Part shown: positions 8,694 through 17,541 of the stretch, piece after piece
How the letters are laid out: every line of letters starts with the position of its first letter
Numbering within the stretch: the stretch's first letter is position 1
Source: Thermomicrobiales bacterium
GTDB taxonomy: Bacteria; Chloroflexota; Chloroflexia; Thermomicrobiales; UBA6265
Assembly (NCBI GenBank): GCA_025928015.1
Contig: JAICKJ010000003.1
Location: 1-36,560 of the forward strand
Direction of reading: 5' to 3'
Length of the DNA stretch: 36,560 nucleotides
Translations under genes and position numbers: made by a program
Notes under the pieces: generated by a model
The model's input: only the letters and a program-made list of their open reading frames with translations
Database searches by the model: none
What the model was told of the DNA's origin: nothing

Positions 8694-8735
8694 CTCCCCT
8701 CTCCCAGGATTGGGAGAGGGGCTGGGGGTGAGGGC
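8694..8735. repeat. REP-like palindrome (CCCCTCTCCC...GGGAGAGGGG-CTGGGGGTGAGGG)
   Basis: Perfect stem CCCCTCTCCCA/TGGGAGAGGGG followed by GGGGTGAGGG, a widespread REP-type form. It lies between convergent genes. Confidence 0.7.
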
Positions 8736-8738
8736 GTA

Positions 8739-9905
8739 TTACGCAGGTTGCACCGGCTGTTCCCATGTGCCGGACGCAGCGCTGCGCTCGACTGCGTCCA
8801 GCACCGCCTGGCAGCGGAAGCCGTCCTCGAAGGTCGGCGCCGGGTTCACGCCGTTCTTGATTCCGTCCATCAGGTCGGCGATGGCGTGGACGAAAGTATG
8901 CTCCCAGCCGATGATGTGCCCCGCCGGCCACCAGTGGCCAGCGTAGGGGTGAACCGGCTCGGTCACGTTGATCGTCCGGAACCCTTGCAGCCCGATCTCG
9001 TCCTCGACAAAATAGACGTCCAGCTCGTCCAGCCGCTCCAGATTGAAGCGCAGCGAGCCGAGCGAGCCGTTGACCTCGAACGAGTTGTAATTGCGGCGTC
9101 CGGCCGCCAGCCGGGTCGCCTCGAAAACGCCGGTCGCGCCGTTGGCGAAGCGGGCGAGGAAGCTGGTTGCGTCATCGACCGTCACCTCGCCGGTCTCTGC
9201 GCTCCGCGCCGCCTGGAGACCCGATCCGCCGCCACTCTCCGCCTCCACCGGTCGTTCCTTGATGAACGTCGTGAGCGTGCCGACGACCTCGTTCACTTCG
9301 CCGACGAGGAAGCGCGACAGGTCGAGGATGTGCGCCCCGATGTCGCCGAGCGCGCCGGAGCCGGCCAGCTCCTTCTTCAGCCGCCAGACGAGCGGGAAGT
9401 CGGGGTCGACGATCCAGTCCTGGAGGTAGACGGCGCGGAAATGACGGATCTCGCCCAGCCGGCCGTCCGTGATGAGTTGCCTGGCGAGCTGGACCGCCGG
9501 CACGCGCCGGTAGTTGAAGTTGACCATGCCGATCGTGCCGGCATTCTTCCAGGCGGTCAGCATCTCCTGCGCTTCGTCGAGCGTGTTCGCCAGCGGTTTT
9601 TCGCAGAGGACGTTCTTGCCGGCATTGAGTGCCGCGATCACGACGTCGTGATGCGTATAGCCGGGTGTGGAGACGTCGATCAGTCCGATGTCGTCGCGGT
9701 TGACCAGCGCGTGGTAGTCCGTCTCGTACCCTTCCCAGCCCAACTCTTCCGCGGCCGCCTTCACCGCCTCCTCATTGCGGCCACAGATCGCTCTCATGAC
9801 CGGTTTTGGATCGACGTCGAAGAAGTGGCTCACCTGCCGGTACGCGTTGGAATGGGCGCGCCCCATGAACTTGTACCCGACCAGCCCCACACCGATCTCA
9901 CTCAT
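8739..9905 (-). CDS. Gfo/Idh/MocA family oxidoreductase
   Basis: VGLVGYKFMG Rossmann start, CEKPLA and GALGDIGAH motifs. ATG 9905 follows an AGAGG SD. Confidence 0.93.
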   Translation of the reverse strand: MSEIGVGLVGYKFMGRAHSNAYRQVSHFFDVDPKPVMRAICGRNEEAVKAAAEELGWEGYETDYHALVNRDDIGLIDVSTPGYTHHDVVIAALNAGKNVLCEKPLANTLDEAQEMLTAWKNAGTIGMVNFNYRRVPAVQLARQLITDGRLGEIRHFRAVYLQDWIVDPDFPLVWRLKKELAGSGALGDIGAHILDLSRFLVGEVNEVVGTLTTFIKERPVEAESGGGSGLQAARSAETGEVTVDDATSFLARFANGATGVFEATRLAAGRRNYNSFEVNGSLGSLRFNLERLDELDVYFVEDEIGLQGFRTINVTEPVHPYAGHWWPAGHIIGWEHTFVHAIADLMDGIKNGVNPAPTFEDGFRCQAVLDAVERSAASGTWEQPVQPA

Positions 9906-9950
9906 TGCATTGATTCCTCTCTTGGTAATTCTCCCCGCCGCTTGCACTCG

Positions 9951-10091
9951 TCGTCATTCTGAGTGGGCGGAGCCCCGAAGAGTCCCCGCGCGAAGCGCTT
10001 TCCTATGATCAGGAGCGTCCTGGTTGGCCACGTTGTCCGCAGCCGCGGACCGGCTTCGCCGGGGGATTCTTCGCTCCGCTCAGAATGACGA
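9951..10091. repeat. Palindromic intergenic repeat, copy 2 (inverted relative to copies 1 and 4)
   Basis: TCGTCATTCTGAG...CTCAGAATGACGA. The reverse complement aligns closely with 27050-27187. Confidence 0.9.
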
Positions 10092-10153
10092 TGAGGCGGG
10101 TTGGCGAGTGCTGGCGTGTCTGATTGCGCACGTCGAATCGCCGTATATTTCTG

Positions 10154-11116
10154 TCACACCCACCAGGGGGCGCCGGGTTGCTCGCTGATGACGACGTCCT
10201 TCAGGAACTTGACCGCGCTCGTGAACCCTTCGTTCGTGCTCATCAGCGAGTCCTCGTGCTCGATTGAGAGGACGCCGTCGTAGCCGGCCATCCGCAGCTC
10301 CGAGACGAGATGCCGCCAGAACTCCTGGCCGTGCCCGTAGCCGACGGTCCGGAAGATCCACGAGCGGTGGATCTCGTCGGTGTAGGGCTTGGTGTCCAGC
10401 ACGCCGTTGACGCGGATGTTGGGCTGATCGAGCCAGGTGTCCTTCATGTGGACGTGGAAGATCGCGTCCTTCAGGTCACGGATGCAGACCAGCGGATCCA
10501 TCCCCTGCCAGAAGAGGTGAGACGGGTCGAAGTTGACGCCGATCGTCTCGCCGCCGATCTCCCGCAGCCGGCGAAACGACTCCGTGTGATAGGCGAGGAA
10601 ACCGGGATGCAGCTCGATCGCGACCCGCACCCCGTGGTTCTTCGCGAACTGCGCCGCGTCGGACCAGTACGGCGTCGCGACCTCCTTCCACTGCCAGTCG
10701 AGCAGGTCGAGGTAGTCCGGCGGCCAGGGGCAGGTGACCCAGTTCGGGTACTTGGCGTCCGGCGAATCACCGGGGCAGCCGGAGAAGGTGATCACGTTCT
10801 CGACACCGATGGCCTGCGCCAGCTCGACCGTCTGCCGGAACGTCTTGTCGTCGGCCCGGGCGTGCTGCTTGTCCGGATGGAGCGGGTTGCCGTGGCAGGA
10901 GAGGGCACTGATCTCCAGCCCCCGGCTCTGCACGGCATCGATGAACGCCTGCTGCGCGTTTTTGTCTTTCACCAGCGGATCCAGATCGCAGTGGGCATTG
11001 CCCGGATACCCGCCGGTACCGATCTCGACCGCCTCGCAGCCGGCCTCCTTGATGTAGTCGAGCGCCTCGTCGAACGGTCGCTGCGCGAACAGGACGGAAA
11101 ATACGCCGATCTTCAT
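10154..11116 (-). CDS. Sugar phosphate isomerase/epimerase (xylose-isomerase-like TIM barrel)
   Basis: Metal-ligand motifs IELHPG, NFDPSH, HVHMKD and LSIEHED. GGGAGG SD upstream. Confidence 0.92.
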   Translation of the reverse strand: MKIGVFSVLFAQRPFDEALDYIKEAGCEAVEIGTGGYPGNAHCDLDPLVKDKNAQQAFIDAVQSRGLEISALSCHGNPLHPDKQHARADDKTFRQTVELAQAIGVENVITFSGCPGDSPDAKYPNWVTCPWPPDYLDLLDWQWKEVATPYWSDAAQFAKNHGVRVAIELHPGFLAYHTESFRRLREIGGETIGVNFDPSHLFWQGMDPLVCIRDLKDAIFHVHMKDTWLDQPNIRVNGVLDTKPYTDEIHRSWIFRTVGYGHGQEFWRHLVSELRMAGYDGVLSIEHEDSLMSTNEGFTSAVKFLKDVVISEQPGAPWWV

Positions 11117-11376
11117 CGTCTGCCCTCCCGGTGCTGATTGGTGCTACGATCTCGGTATCCCCGCTGACCGCAGGTATGACGCCTTCGGGCGGCATCCTAC
11201 CCGGGAGTTGTCGCTGGGGCAAACGCGACCGACCCGGCCCGGCTGGTAAAGTTGACCGTACACGTCGTGCGCCGGGGCCGTTGCCGTCTCGCGTCCGATC
11301 GATCACGCCGAGCCGCTTTCGTCGACCAGGGATCACCATCACCGTGCGCGCCGAGCAGGAGCAGACAACCGGGCGA

Positions 11377-12885
11377 ATGGCGTCCGTTCCGGGCGCCAGG
11401 TTGATCGTCGCCAACCGCTACGAGGTGGATCTCGACCACCCGCTCGGTTCCGGCGGCATGGCCGTCGTCTATTCCGGCCGCGATCTCCGCTCCCGCCGGC
11501 AGGTCGCCGTCAAGACTCTGCGGCCCGAATACCAGCGCCTGCCAGGGTTGCGCCAGCGCTTCCGGCACGAAGCGCGGATGATGGCGATCTGCACCCACCC
11601 CAATCTGGCGACGATCTACGACCTGCACGAGGACGAGCGCGGCTCCTGGGCGATCATGGAGTTCGTGCCGGGCGAAAACCTGAAGCAGCTCATCGAGCGC
11701 GAAGGGCCGCTTCATCCTGAAGAGGTCGCCTCGATCCTCGATCAGGTCAGCGCGGGTCTGAAGGAGATCCACGCCAAGCGTCTCGTCCACCTCGATATCA
11801 AGCCGCAGAACATCCTGCGCGAGCCCGACGGACGGGTGAAGCTGATCGATTTCGGCCTCGCCCAACCGGCGGGCGAGACACAGCAGATGGACGACGGGCG
11901 CGCCTTCGGGACCGTCGCCTACCTCGCCCCGGAACAGGCCAGCGGCGAGAAGGTCACCGCCGCCAGCGACGTCTATGCGCTTGGCTGCGTGGCCTACGAG
12001 CTGCTGACCGGCGCGCCGCCATTTCAGGCCCCGGACGGACCGGAGCAAAAGAACCAGCTCATCCGCGCCCACCTGAACCAGACGCCCGTGCCGCCGACGC
12101 AGGTGCGTCCCGAGTTGCATATCCCGGCCTGGGTCGATGATGTGCTCGATTGGGCGCTGGCCAAACGGCCGGAAGATCGTTTTCACGATGTCCAGACCTT
12201 CGCGCGGATGTTCCGCTCCGGCACGGAGGGCGAGGCGACGCCGGCACCCGATGCGACTCAGCCGCTGACCTCGGCCAACGGTCACGGTCCCCGCCGCTGG
12301 TTTCCCTCGCGCCGCCAGGCGCCGGTGCCAACACTGGTCAAGGCCGCTCCGGCCGCCGCGATCCCGACGATGGAGCCGTCGACGCCATCCAAGGGGCGCC
12401 GGCTCTACCAGCTCGGCGGCCGCGCCGCCCGGCGCGGCCGCCGCTTCCGGCGGTTGCTCTGGCGGCTGACCTTGGTCCTCGCGATCGGGAACCTGATCCT
12501 CGGCATGGCGCTCCTGGTCCGAGGCGGACCCGCCTTGCTCGTGAGTCGCGCACTCTCGGTCGCCCCCGGCACGACCACGACCGTCGCGGTCGATAACCTG
12601 AATCTGCGGATCGCGCCCGGCTCAGCGGCGGAGATCATCACCGTGTTGCGGAGCGGTGATGAGGTGCGGGTCACCGGCCTGTCGCAAGAAGCCGATGGCA
12701 ATCGCTGGTGGCCGGTCGAGACGCGGCAGAACGACGTCGTCCTGAGCGGATTCGTCTGGGATGGCGGGCTGGCACCGAATCAATGGACGGGACGCATGTC
12801 CTGGGCGCAACGCGCCGTTGACCGCGTGCAGGACGCACGCCATCGCATCGGCGACGGAATCGCCTGGATGAGAAACCTCTTCTGA
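11377..12885 (+). CDS. Hanks-type Ser/Thr protein kinase with TM helix and C-terminal SH3b-like domain
   Basis: LGSGGMAVVY, VAVK, HLDIKPQN, DFG, YLAPE and SDVYALG motifs. TM LWRLTLVLAIGNLILGMALLV, then LNLRIAPG...WWPV...GFV. Start ATG 11377 is inferred. Confidence 0.92.
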   Translation: MASVPGARLIVANRYEVDLDHPLGSGGMAVVYSGRDLRSRRQVAVKTLRPEYQRLPGLRQRFRHEARMMAICTHPNLATIYDLHEDERGSWAIMEFVPGENLKQLIEREGPLHPEEVASILDQVSAGLKEIHAKRLVHLDIKPQNILREPDGRVKLIDFGLAQPAGETQQMDDGRAFGTVAYLAPEQASGEKVTAASDVYALGCVAYELLTGAPPFQAPDGPEQKNQLIRAHLNQTPVPPTQVRPELHIPAWVDDVLDWALAKRPEDRFHDVQTFARMFRSGTEGEATPAPDATQPLTSANGHGPRRWFPSRRQAPVPTLVKAAPAAAIPTMEPSTPSKGRRLYQLGGRAARRGRRFRRLLWRLTLVLAIGNLILGMALLVRGGPALLVSRALSVAPGTTTTVAVDNLNLRIAPGSAAEIITVLRSGDEVRVTGLSQEADGNRWWPVETRQNDVVLSGFVWDGGLAPNQWTGRMSWAQRAVDRVQDARHRIGDGIAWMRNLF

Positions 12886-12889
12886 TGGG

Positions 12890-13765
12890 TCATCGCAAGG
12901 TATCGCGGCCGTGCGGGAGGCGCGGGTTGCTCGAATCGGGCCGCAGCGCCCGCGCGACCTGCTGGTAGCGCAGCGCGATCTGCTGTTCGCGTACTTCGAT
13001 GTGCTCGATCGCGATGCCCGGCCGCAGCCGGAGCAGGAAGGGCGGCTGCAGGGGCAGCAGGCTGATCGTGCCGGCGAACCCCTGGTCGGCCAGCATCGTG
13101 ATCGCCCGGTTGACCAGCCGGCTGGAGCCGATCACGCCGTGGTCGTCGAGCGAGGCGGGCAGGCGCACCTGGTGGAGGCGTGGCATCAACCGCACGATGG
13201 TCGCCTCGATCTCCCAGGCGCGGTTCGCGTCGTGGCTCATGTCGAGCGCCAGGTCGACATCCCACTCCTCCGCGAACCGCTTGTAGGCGGCGAGGGTCGA
13301 GAGCTGATCGCGGTTGCTCGGGATGTCGCTCCCGTCGATGCCGATCACGAGGCGGAGACAGGCGCTCTCCGGCTCCTCCAGCAGCGGTCGCAGTACGGCC
13401 CGGGTGCGCAGCTCCGGCGACTTTCCGGTCTCGCGCCGGGGGACGATGACGGAGCGCAGTCCGAGCTCGTCCCGGGCGTAGCGGAGCAGATCGACCATGC
13501 GCTCGGCCAGTGCGGCGTTCGGCAGCGATGCCGGGAGCCAGACGCTCTTCACCCGCAACGTTTGCTCGGTCGCGATGCCGCTGAAGGCGTGTGGATCGGG
13601 GAGCCGACCCCGGCCGGTGAGGTCGAGATCGAGCGCGTACATGCCGGCGATGCGGGCCAGATTTGCCACTCCGCGCACGCCCCCCAGCGGCCCCGGCCGG
13701 CCCGCGAGCGCGAGGAGCGGGCGGTTGGCGGCGGAAGGCTGGTGGTAGGCGGGTCGGTCGGCCAT
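12890..13765 (-). CDS. Degenerate xylose-isomerase-like TIM-barrel protein
   Basis: Pattern LALDMSH...RLHQVRL...GFAGTISL parallels the isomerase/epimerase family, but several metal ligands are missing. The start is uncertain (13765 or 13810). Confidence 0.55.
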   Translation of the reverse strand: MADRPAYHQPSAANRPLLALAGRPGPLGGVRGVANLARIAGMYALDLDLTGRGRLPDPHAFSGIATEQTLRVKSVWLPASLPNAALAERMVDLLRYARDELGLRSVIVPRRETGKSPELRTRAVLRPLLEEPESACLRLVIGIDGSDIPSNRDQLSTLAAYKRFAEEWDVDLALDMSHDANRAWEIEATIVRLMPRLHQVRLPASLDDHGVIGSSRLVNRAITMLADQGFAGTISLLPLQPPFLLRLRPGIAIEHIEVREQQIALRYQQVARALRPDSSNPRLPHGRDTLR

Positions 13766-13870
13766 GGATGACGTTCTTTCTGCCTCCGGGCGTGGAACGG
13801 CGGCGCTCATGTCTCCCGGCGCCCGGAGACCGGGTGGCACGCTTCGCAGTCTAGCACCGAACGGAATGAT

Positions 13871-14773
13871 TCACCGTGCCTCGGTCGCCGGGCTGGCCGC
13901 CGCGTGACGGAGCGCCTGCTCGACGACCAGGCCGACGGCCATCGTCAAGCGCAGCTCCTGCGTGGGCTCCGGCCGCTTTCCTTCTCGCAAGGTGACGGCC
14001 AGCGCGAGGTCGCCATCGAAGGCGGTGTGCGCCGGCCAGACCGTGCGAGCCAAGGCGTCGTGGGCGGCGACGCAGCAACGGATCAGGGCGTCGTGGTTGC
14101 ATTCGGCATCGACAACAACGGCGATGAGGGTCGTCTGCGTGCCGTTTTGGAGTGGATTGACCTGCGCCTGCGTGAAGCGCGCGATGCGCTGCTCTATCGG
14201 CCCATCGTCAAGGTGGCCGAGTGCGTTGAGGACGGCGATCGCGGTCACCGAGCCATCCCGGAGCGCGATCTGGCCAACGCCGATCCCCGCTGGCGAGCTT
14301 TGCCCAGCGAGCTTGTCGACGGTCGCCCCGGTCCCGGCGCCGATAGCGCCCCATTCGACCACGTCGAGCGCGACAGCATCCTGGCAGGCGGCATAGCCGG
14401 CGGCGGCATCCGGCGCGATCGGCTGACCGACGGCGAGGTCGTAGATCACCGCTGCCGGCACGATCGGCACCGGCAGCGCCGCGGTCGGCACGCCGCGGCC
14501 GCGCTCACGCAGCCACCGCATGACGCCGTCCGCCGCCGCCAGCCCGAAGGCGCTGCCGCCGGCCAGGAGGAAGGCGTCGATGCGCTGCACGAGCCGGCCG
14601 GGCTCCAGTAACGCCAGCTCGCGGGTGCCCGGCGCCGCGCCGCGCACCTCGGCCGCCGCCAGGGCTGGTTGATCGAAGAGCAAAACAGTGCAGCCGGTCC
14701 GCGCCTCTCGGTCCGTCCAATGGCCGACGCGCAGTCCGTCCAGCGGTTTCAACCCGGCAAGCGGTTCGCTCAC
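13871..14773 (-). CDS. P1/S58 (DmpA-like) peptidase family protein
   Basis: VGHWTD..TGCTV, EVRGAAPGTRE, GGSAFGLAAADGV, GAGTGAT and HTAFDGD motifs. The GTG start overlaps the upstream stop. Confidence 0.88.
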   Translation of the reverse strand: MSEPLAGLKPLDGLRVGHWTDREARTGCTVLLFDQPALAAAEVRGAAPGTRELALLEPGRLVQRIDAFLLAGGSAFGLAAADGVMRWLRERGRGVPTAALPVPIVPAAVIYDLAVGQPIAPDAAAGYAACQDAVALDVVEWGAIGAGTGATVDKLAGQSSPAGIGVGQIALRDGSVTAIAVLNALGHLDDGPIEQRIARFTQAQVNPLQNGTQTTLIAVVVDAECNHDALIRCCVAAHDALARTVWPAHTAFDGDLALAVTLREGKRPEPTQELRLTMAVGLVVEQALRHAAASPATEAR

Positions 14774-15549
14774 CAATCGACCGTCAATCCAGGCAGCGCG
14801 ATCTTGATCGCGCCCGTGAACGCCGTCATCGCTTCGCGCTCGTAGGTCGCCAACCCATGTTCCTCCCCGAGGTGGGCCAGCACGAGCGTGCGGACGTTCG
14901 CGCTGGCGGCCAGCGCGCCGGCCTCTTCCGCGGACGTGTGCCCCCGACGGTCGAACGGCTCCTTGTCAGGGCCGAACCGGCCGGCATCGACGATCAGCAC
15001 GTCGACGTTCCGCGCGAACTCGTCGAGTTTCGCCGCCGGTCCGGTGTCGCCGGTGTAGACGAGCGCCGTGTCGCGGGTCTCCTCATCGACGCGGATCGCC
15101 CAGCACGGCACGTAATGGACGGTCGGCGTGAATGTGACGGTCGCGGTGCCGAAGCGCAGGGTCTGCGCCGGGTCGTACTCCCGCGCGTCGAAGACGCGGC
15201 TGAACCACTGTTCGGCTGGGCCGTCATCGGCGAAGACGCACGCCGCCTTCAGGAGGAACTCCTCGCCCCCCGGCGGCAGCCAGAGCGGTACCCTGCGGTC
15301 CGGTTTCTGGGGGTTGTAGGCGAGCGTGAAGCGGAGCGCGAAGAGGTCGAGGATGTGATCGAGGTGGAGGTGGCTGATGATGATCGCATCGATCGTCCGG
15401 AAGTCGGTGTGCTTGCGTAGCTCCTGCAAGGTATCCGGACCGAGATCGAGGACCAGCATCGTTCCGTTGCAGTCGAGCAGGTAGGACGAGCAGCCGACGC
15501 CCGTGCCGACGCCGGCGGCGCTGCCGCCGAGAACCGTGAGGCGATTCAC
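14770..15549 (-). CDS. MBL-fold metallo-hydrolase (RNase Z/BN-like subgroup)
   Basis: LTVLG, SHLHLDH, YTGDTG, GHTS and LAHL motifs. Confidence 0.9.
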   Translation of the reverse strand: MNRLTVLGGSAAGVGTGVGCSSYLLDCNGTMLVLDLGPDTLQELRKHTDFRTIDAIIISHLHLDHILDLFALRFTLAYNPQKPDRRVPLWLPPGGEEFLLKAACVFADDGPAEQWFSRVFDAREYDPAQTLRFGTATVTFTPTVHYVPCWAIRVDEETRDTALVYTGDTGPAAKLDEFARNVDVLIVDAGRFGPDKEPFDRRGHTSAEEAGALAASANVRTLVLAHLGEEHGLATYEREAMTAFTGAIKIALPGLTVDW

Positions 15550-16280
15550 TCATCCCCCTCCTGGCGAGCGCCTTTCCGCGCCATCTCGCGCGTGGTCAGG
15601 TAGGGATCCTCGTGGATCCCTTCGGATTCGAGATGCAGAACGTCGTTCCAGCGCACGATCTGCGTCGCGGATGCGGTAACGTGAATCTCGGAGATGCTGC
15701 AATTGCTGGGCGAGAAGCGAAAGAAGTCCTCCCGGCTCGTCTTGCCGGTCAGATGCAGCATGAACGTGCTGATCACGCCGCCGTGGGTCACGATCGCCAC
15801 GCGGTTGTGGTAGTATTTCGACAGCAGCCGGTCCAGCCCACGATCCACCCGTCGCTTGAAGTCGACATTCGACTCGCCCCCCGGCCAGGCGACGATCTCC
15901 GCCTTCGGGTTCTGGAGCTGCCGGGCCAGCTCCGGGTACTCGGTCACCAGGCTCTGGAACTCCTTGCCCTCGAGGTCGCCGAAGTCCCACTCCGCGAAGT
16001 CCCGATCGACCTCCAGCGACACGCCGGGGTGATACCGGAGGATCGCCTCGGCGGTGTCCTTCGCGCGGGAGAGCTGGCTGCTGATCGCCGCGTCGAAGGC
16101 GACGTCGCGGAGGCATTCGGCCAGTACCTCCGCCTGTCGCCGGCCGATGTCGTTCAGCGCGACATCCCAACTTCCCGCGTATTGCGACAGCGAGTTCGCT
16201 ATCGTCTGGCCGTGGCGGATGAGGTAGAGCGTCGTGTCGCCGCCGGCGGGGTGGACGAATGCGTCCGTTTCATGATCCAT
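15546..16280 (-). CDS. Histidine phosphatase family protein
   Basis: LIRHGQT, SSQLSRA, EWDFGDLEG, GGES and VTHGG motifs. Confidence 0.92.
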   Translation of the reverse strand: MDHETDAFVHPAGGDTTLYLIRHGQTIANSLSQYAGSWDVALNDIGRRQAEVLAECLRDVAFDAAISSQLSRAKDTAEAILRYHPGVSLEVDRDFAEWDFGDLEGKEFQSLVTEYPELARQLQNPKAEIVAWPGGESNVDFKRRVDRGLDRLLSKYYHNRVAIVTHGGVISTFMLHLTGKTSREDFFRFSPSNCSISEIHVTASATQIVRWNDVLHLESEGIHEDPYLTTREMARKGARQEGDE

Positions 16281-16968
16281 CGTTAGTTGCTTTCACTCGC
16301 TGCTGGCCGAATGGGCAGACCCGCAGCAGCGGGCAGACCGGGCATTCGGGATTTCGCGCGTGGCACAGCGCGCGGCCGTGGGCAATCATTTCCACGTGGA
16401 CAGCGTAGAGTCTGTCCGGATCGTTGCCAAGCATGGCCAGCAGCGCATCGTGCGCCTTTTCCGGTGTCACGGACTTCGGGATCGCCCCCAATCGCCAGGC
16501 GACGCGGTAGACGTGCGTATCAACCGGCATGGCCGGCATGTGGAGGCTGAAGAGGAGCACGATCGCCGCCGTCTTCGGCCCGACGCCATCGAGCTTCGTC
16601 AGCGCGGCGGTCGCGTCCGCGACCCTTAGATCGGCGAGCGGCGTCAGGTCGTAGTCGTCGCCCCATTCTTCGCGAATCGACTCCAGCGCTCGCTGGATGC
16701 GCGGTCCCTTCTGGTTCGCCAGACCGCCAGAGCGGATTGCATCGATGACCTCGTCCGGCGGTGCTACCCGGATCGCCTCCCAGGTCGGGAAGCGGGCGCG
16801 GAGCGAGGCGAACGCCCGGTCCGTGTTCACATCCGACGTGTTCTGCGACAGGATCGTGCTGACCAGCACCTCGACCGGCTCCCCATGCCGGTGCCACGGC
16901 CGCGGCCCATACGTCTCGTCCAAAATGCGCAACACCGTCTCCAGATTGCGCGGCTGCTCGACAATCAT
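16270..16968 (-). CDS. nth: Endonuclease III family DNA glycosylase (HhH-GPD, 4Fe-4S)
   Basis: ILSQNT, LDGVGPKTA, PVDTHV and C-X6-C-X2-C-X5-C motifs. ATG 16968 is preferred as start. Confidence 0.85.
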   Translation of the reverse strand: MIVEQPRNLETVLRILDETYGPRPWHRHGEPVEVLVSTILSQNTSDVNTDRAFASLRARFPTWEAIRVAPPDEVIDAIRSGGLANQKGPRIQRALESIREEWGDDYDLTPLADLRVADATAALTKLDGVGPKTAAIVLLFSLHMPAMPVDTHVYRVAWRLGAIPKSVTPEKAHDALLAMLGNDPDRLYAVHVEMIAHGRALCHARNPECPVCPLLRVCPFGQQRVKATNDGS

Positions 16969-17071
16969 CCCGTTCCCGTGCCTCAAACTCGCTCCCAACG
17001 CCCGGTGCGGGGCACGCCAGGCGCCTCAACGTGCTCCTATACTACTGGTCGCTGCAGGAGGTCGAGCGCAC

Positions 17072-17329
17072 ATGGCAACGAACGAGCACGCTGATCATCC
17101 AACCAGTCTCGCCGTTCACATTGACTCACCGCTGATTGGCATCATCTTTTTTGAGGAAGACGGGGAAGAAGTCACTCGATACTTCGCGGACGAGGCCGAC
17201 GCGCGTGCCGCGGTCGCGGAGCACGGTAGGGTAGATGTGCTGGCGCTGGCGGGGGTGTGGAGCGACCTCGATTGGGACCAGTGCATTGACGATCTCGACC
17301 AGATTCGGCACGGACCTACCGCGACATAA
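17072..17329 (+). CDS. Small acidic hypothetical protein (85 aa), possible antitoxin-like
   Basis: TATACT at 17038-17043, a strong AGGAGGT SD and ATG 17072. Sequence MATNEHADH...LAGVWSDLDWDQCIDDLDQIRHG. Confidence 0.65.
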   Translation: MATNEHADHPTSLAVHIDSPLIGIIFFEEDGEEVTRYFADEADARAAVAEHGRVDVLALAGVWSDLDWDQCIDDLDQIRHGPTAT

Positions 17330-17370
17330 TCGCGCCAAACGCCTTCCTCGGCGCGGGCCTGTCTCTCGGG

Positions 17371-17400
17371 TTGCGCGGGAAGATAGCGGCTGGCTATACT
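17371..17400 (+). promoter_or_regulatory. Sigma70-type promoter of the pyr operon
   Basis: TTGCGC-18 nt-TATACT about 140 nt upstream of pyrC. Confidence 0.6.
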
Positions 17401-17480
17401 TCGACGGTTACTACGAACCGCTGTAGGGTTCTGCATTCTCGTGCATCACATCTCACCGTTTGGTCTGCAATTGGGACGCC

Positions 17481-17523
17481 CCGCCCTCGGGTCATTCATT
17501 GACTCAGGGGCGGTTTTTTGTAT
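17481..17523 (+). terminator. Intrinsic terminator/attenuator in pyr leader
   Basis: CCGCCCTCGGGTCA-TTCAT-TGACTCAGGGGCGG followed by TTTTTTGTAT, about 20 nt before the pyrC ATG. Confidence 0.75.
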
Positions 17524-17541
17524 GGGGGCGGGGGAGGCACG

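Noticed and set aside
17401-17520. PyrR-binding attenuator or tRNA in the pyr leader
   Set aside because: No PyrR consensus loop and no cloverleaf/TTCGA T-arm pattern were found by eye.
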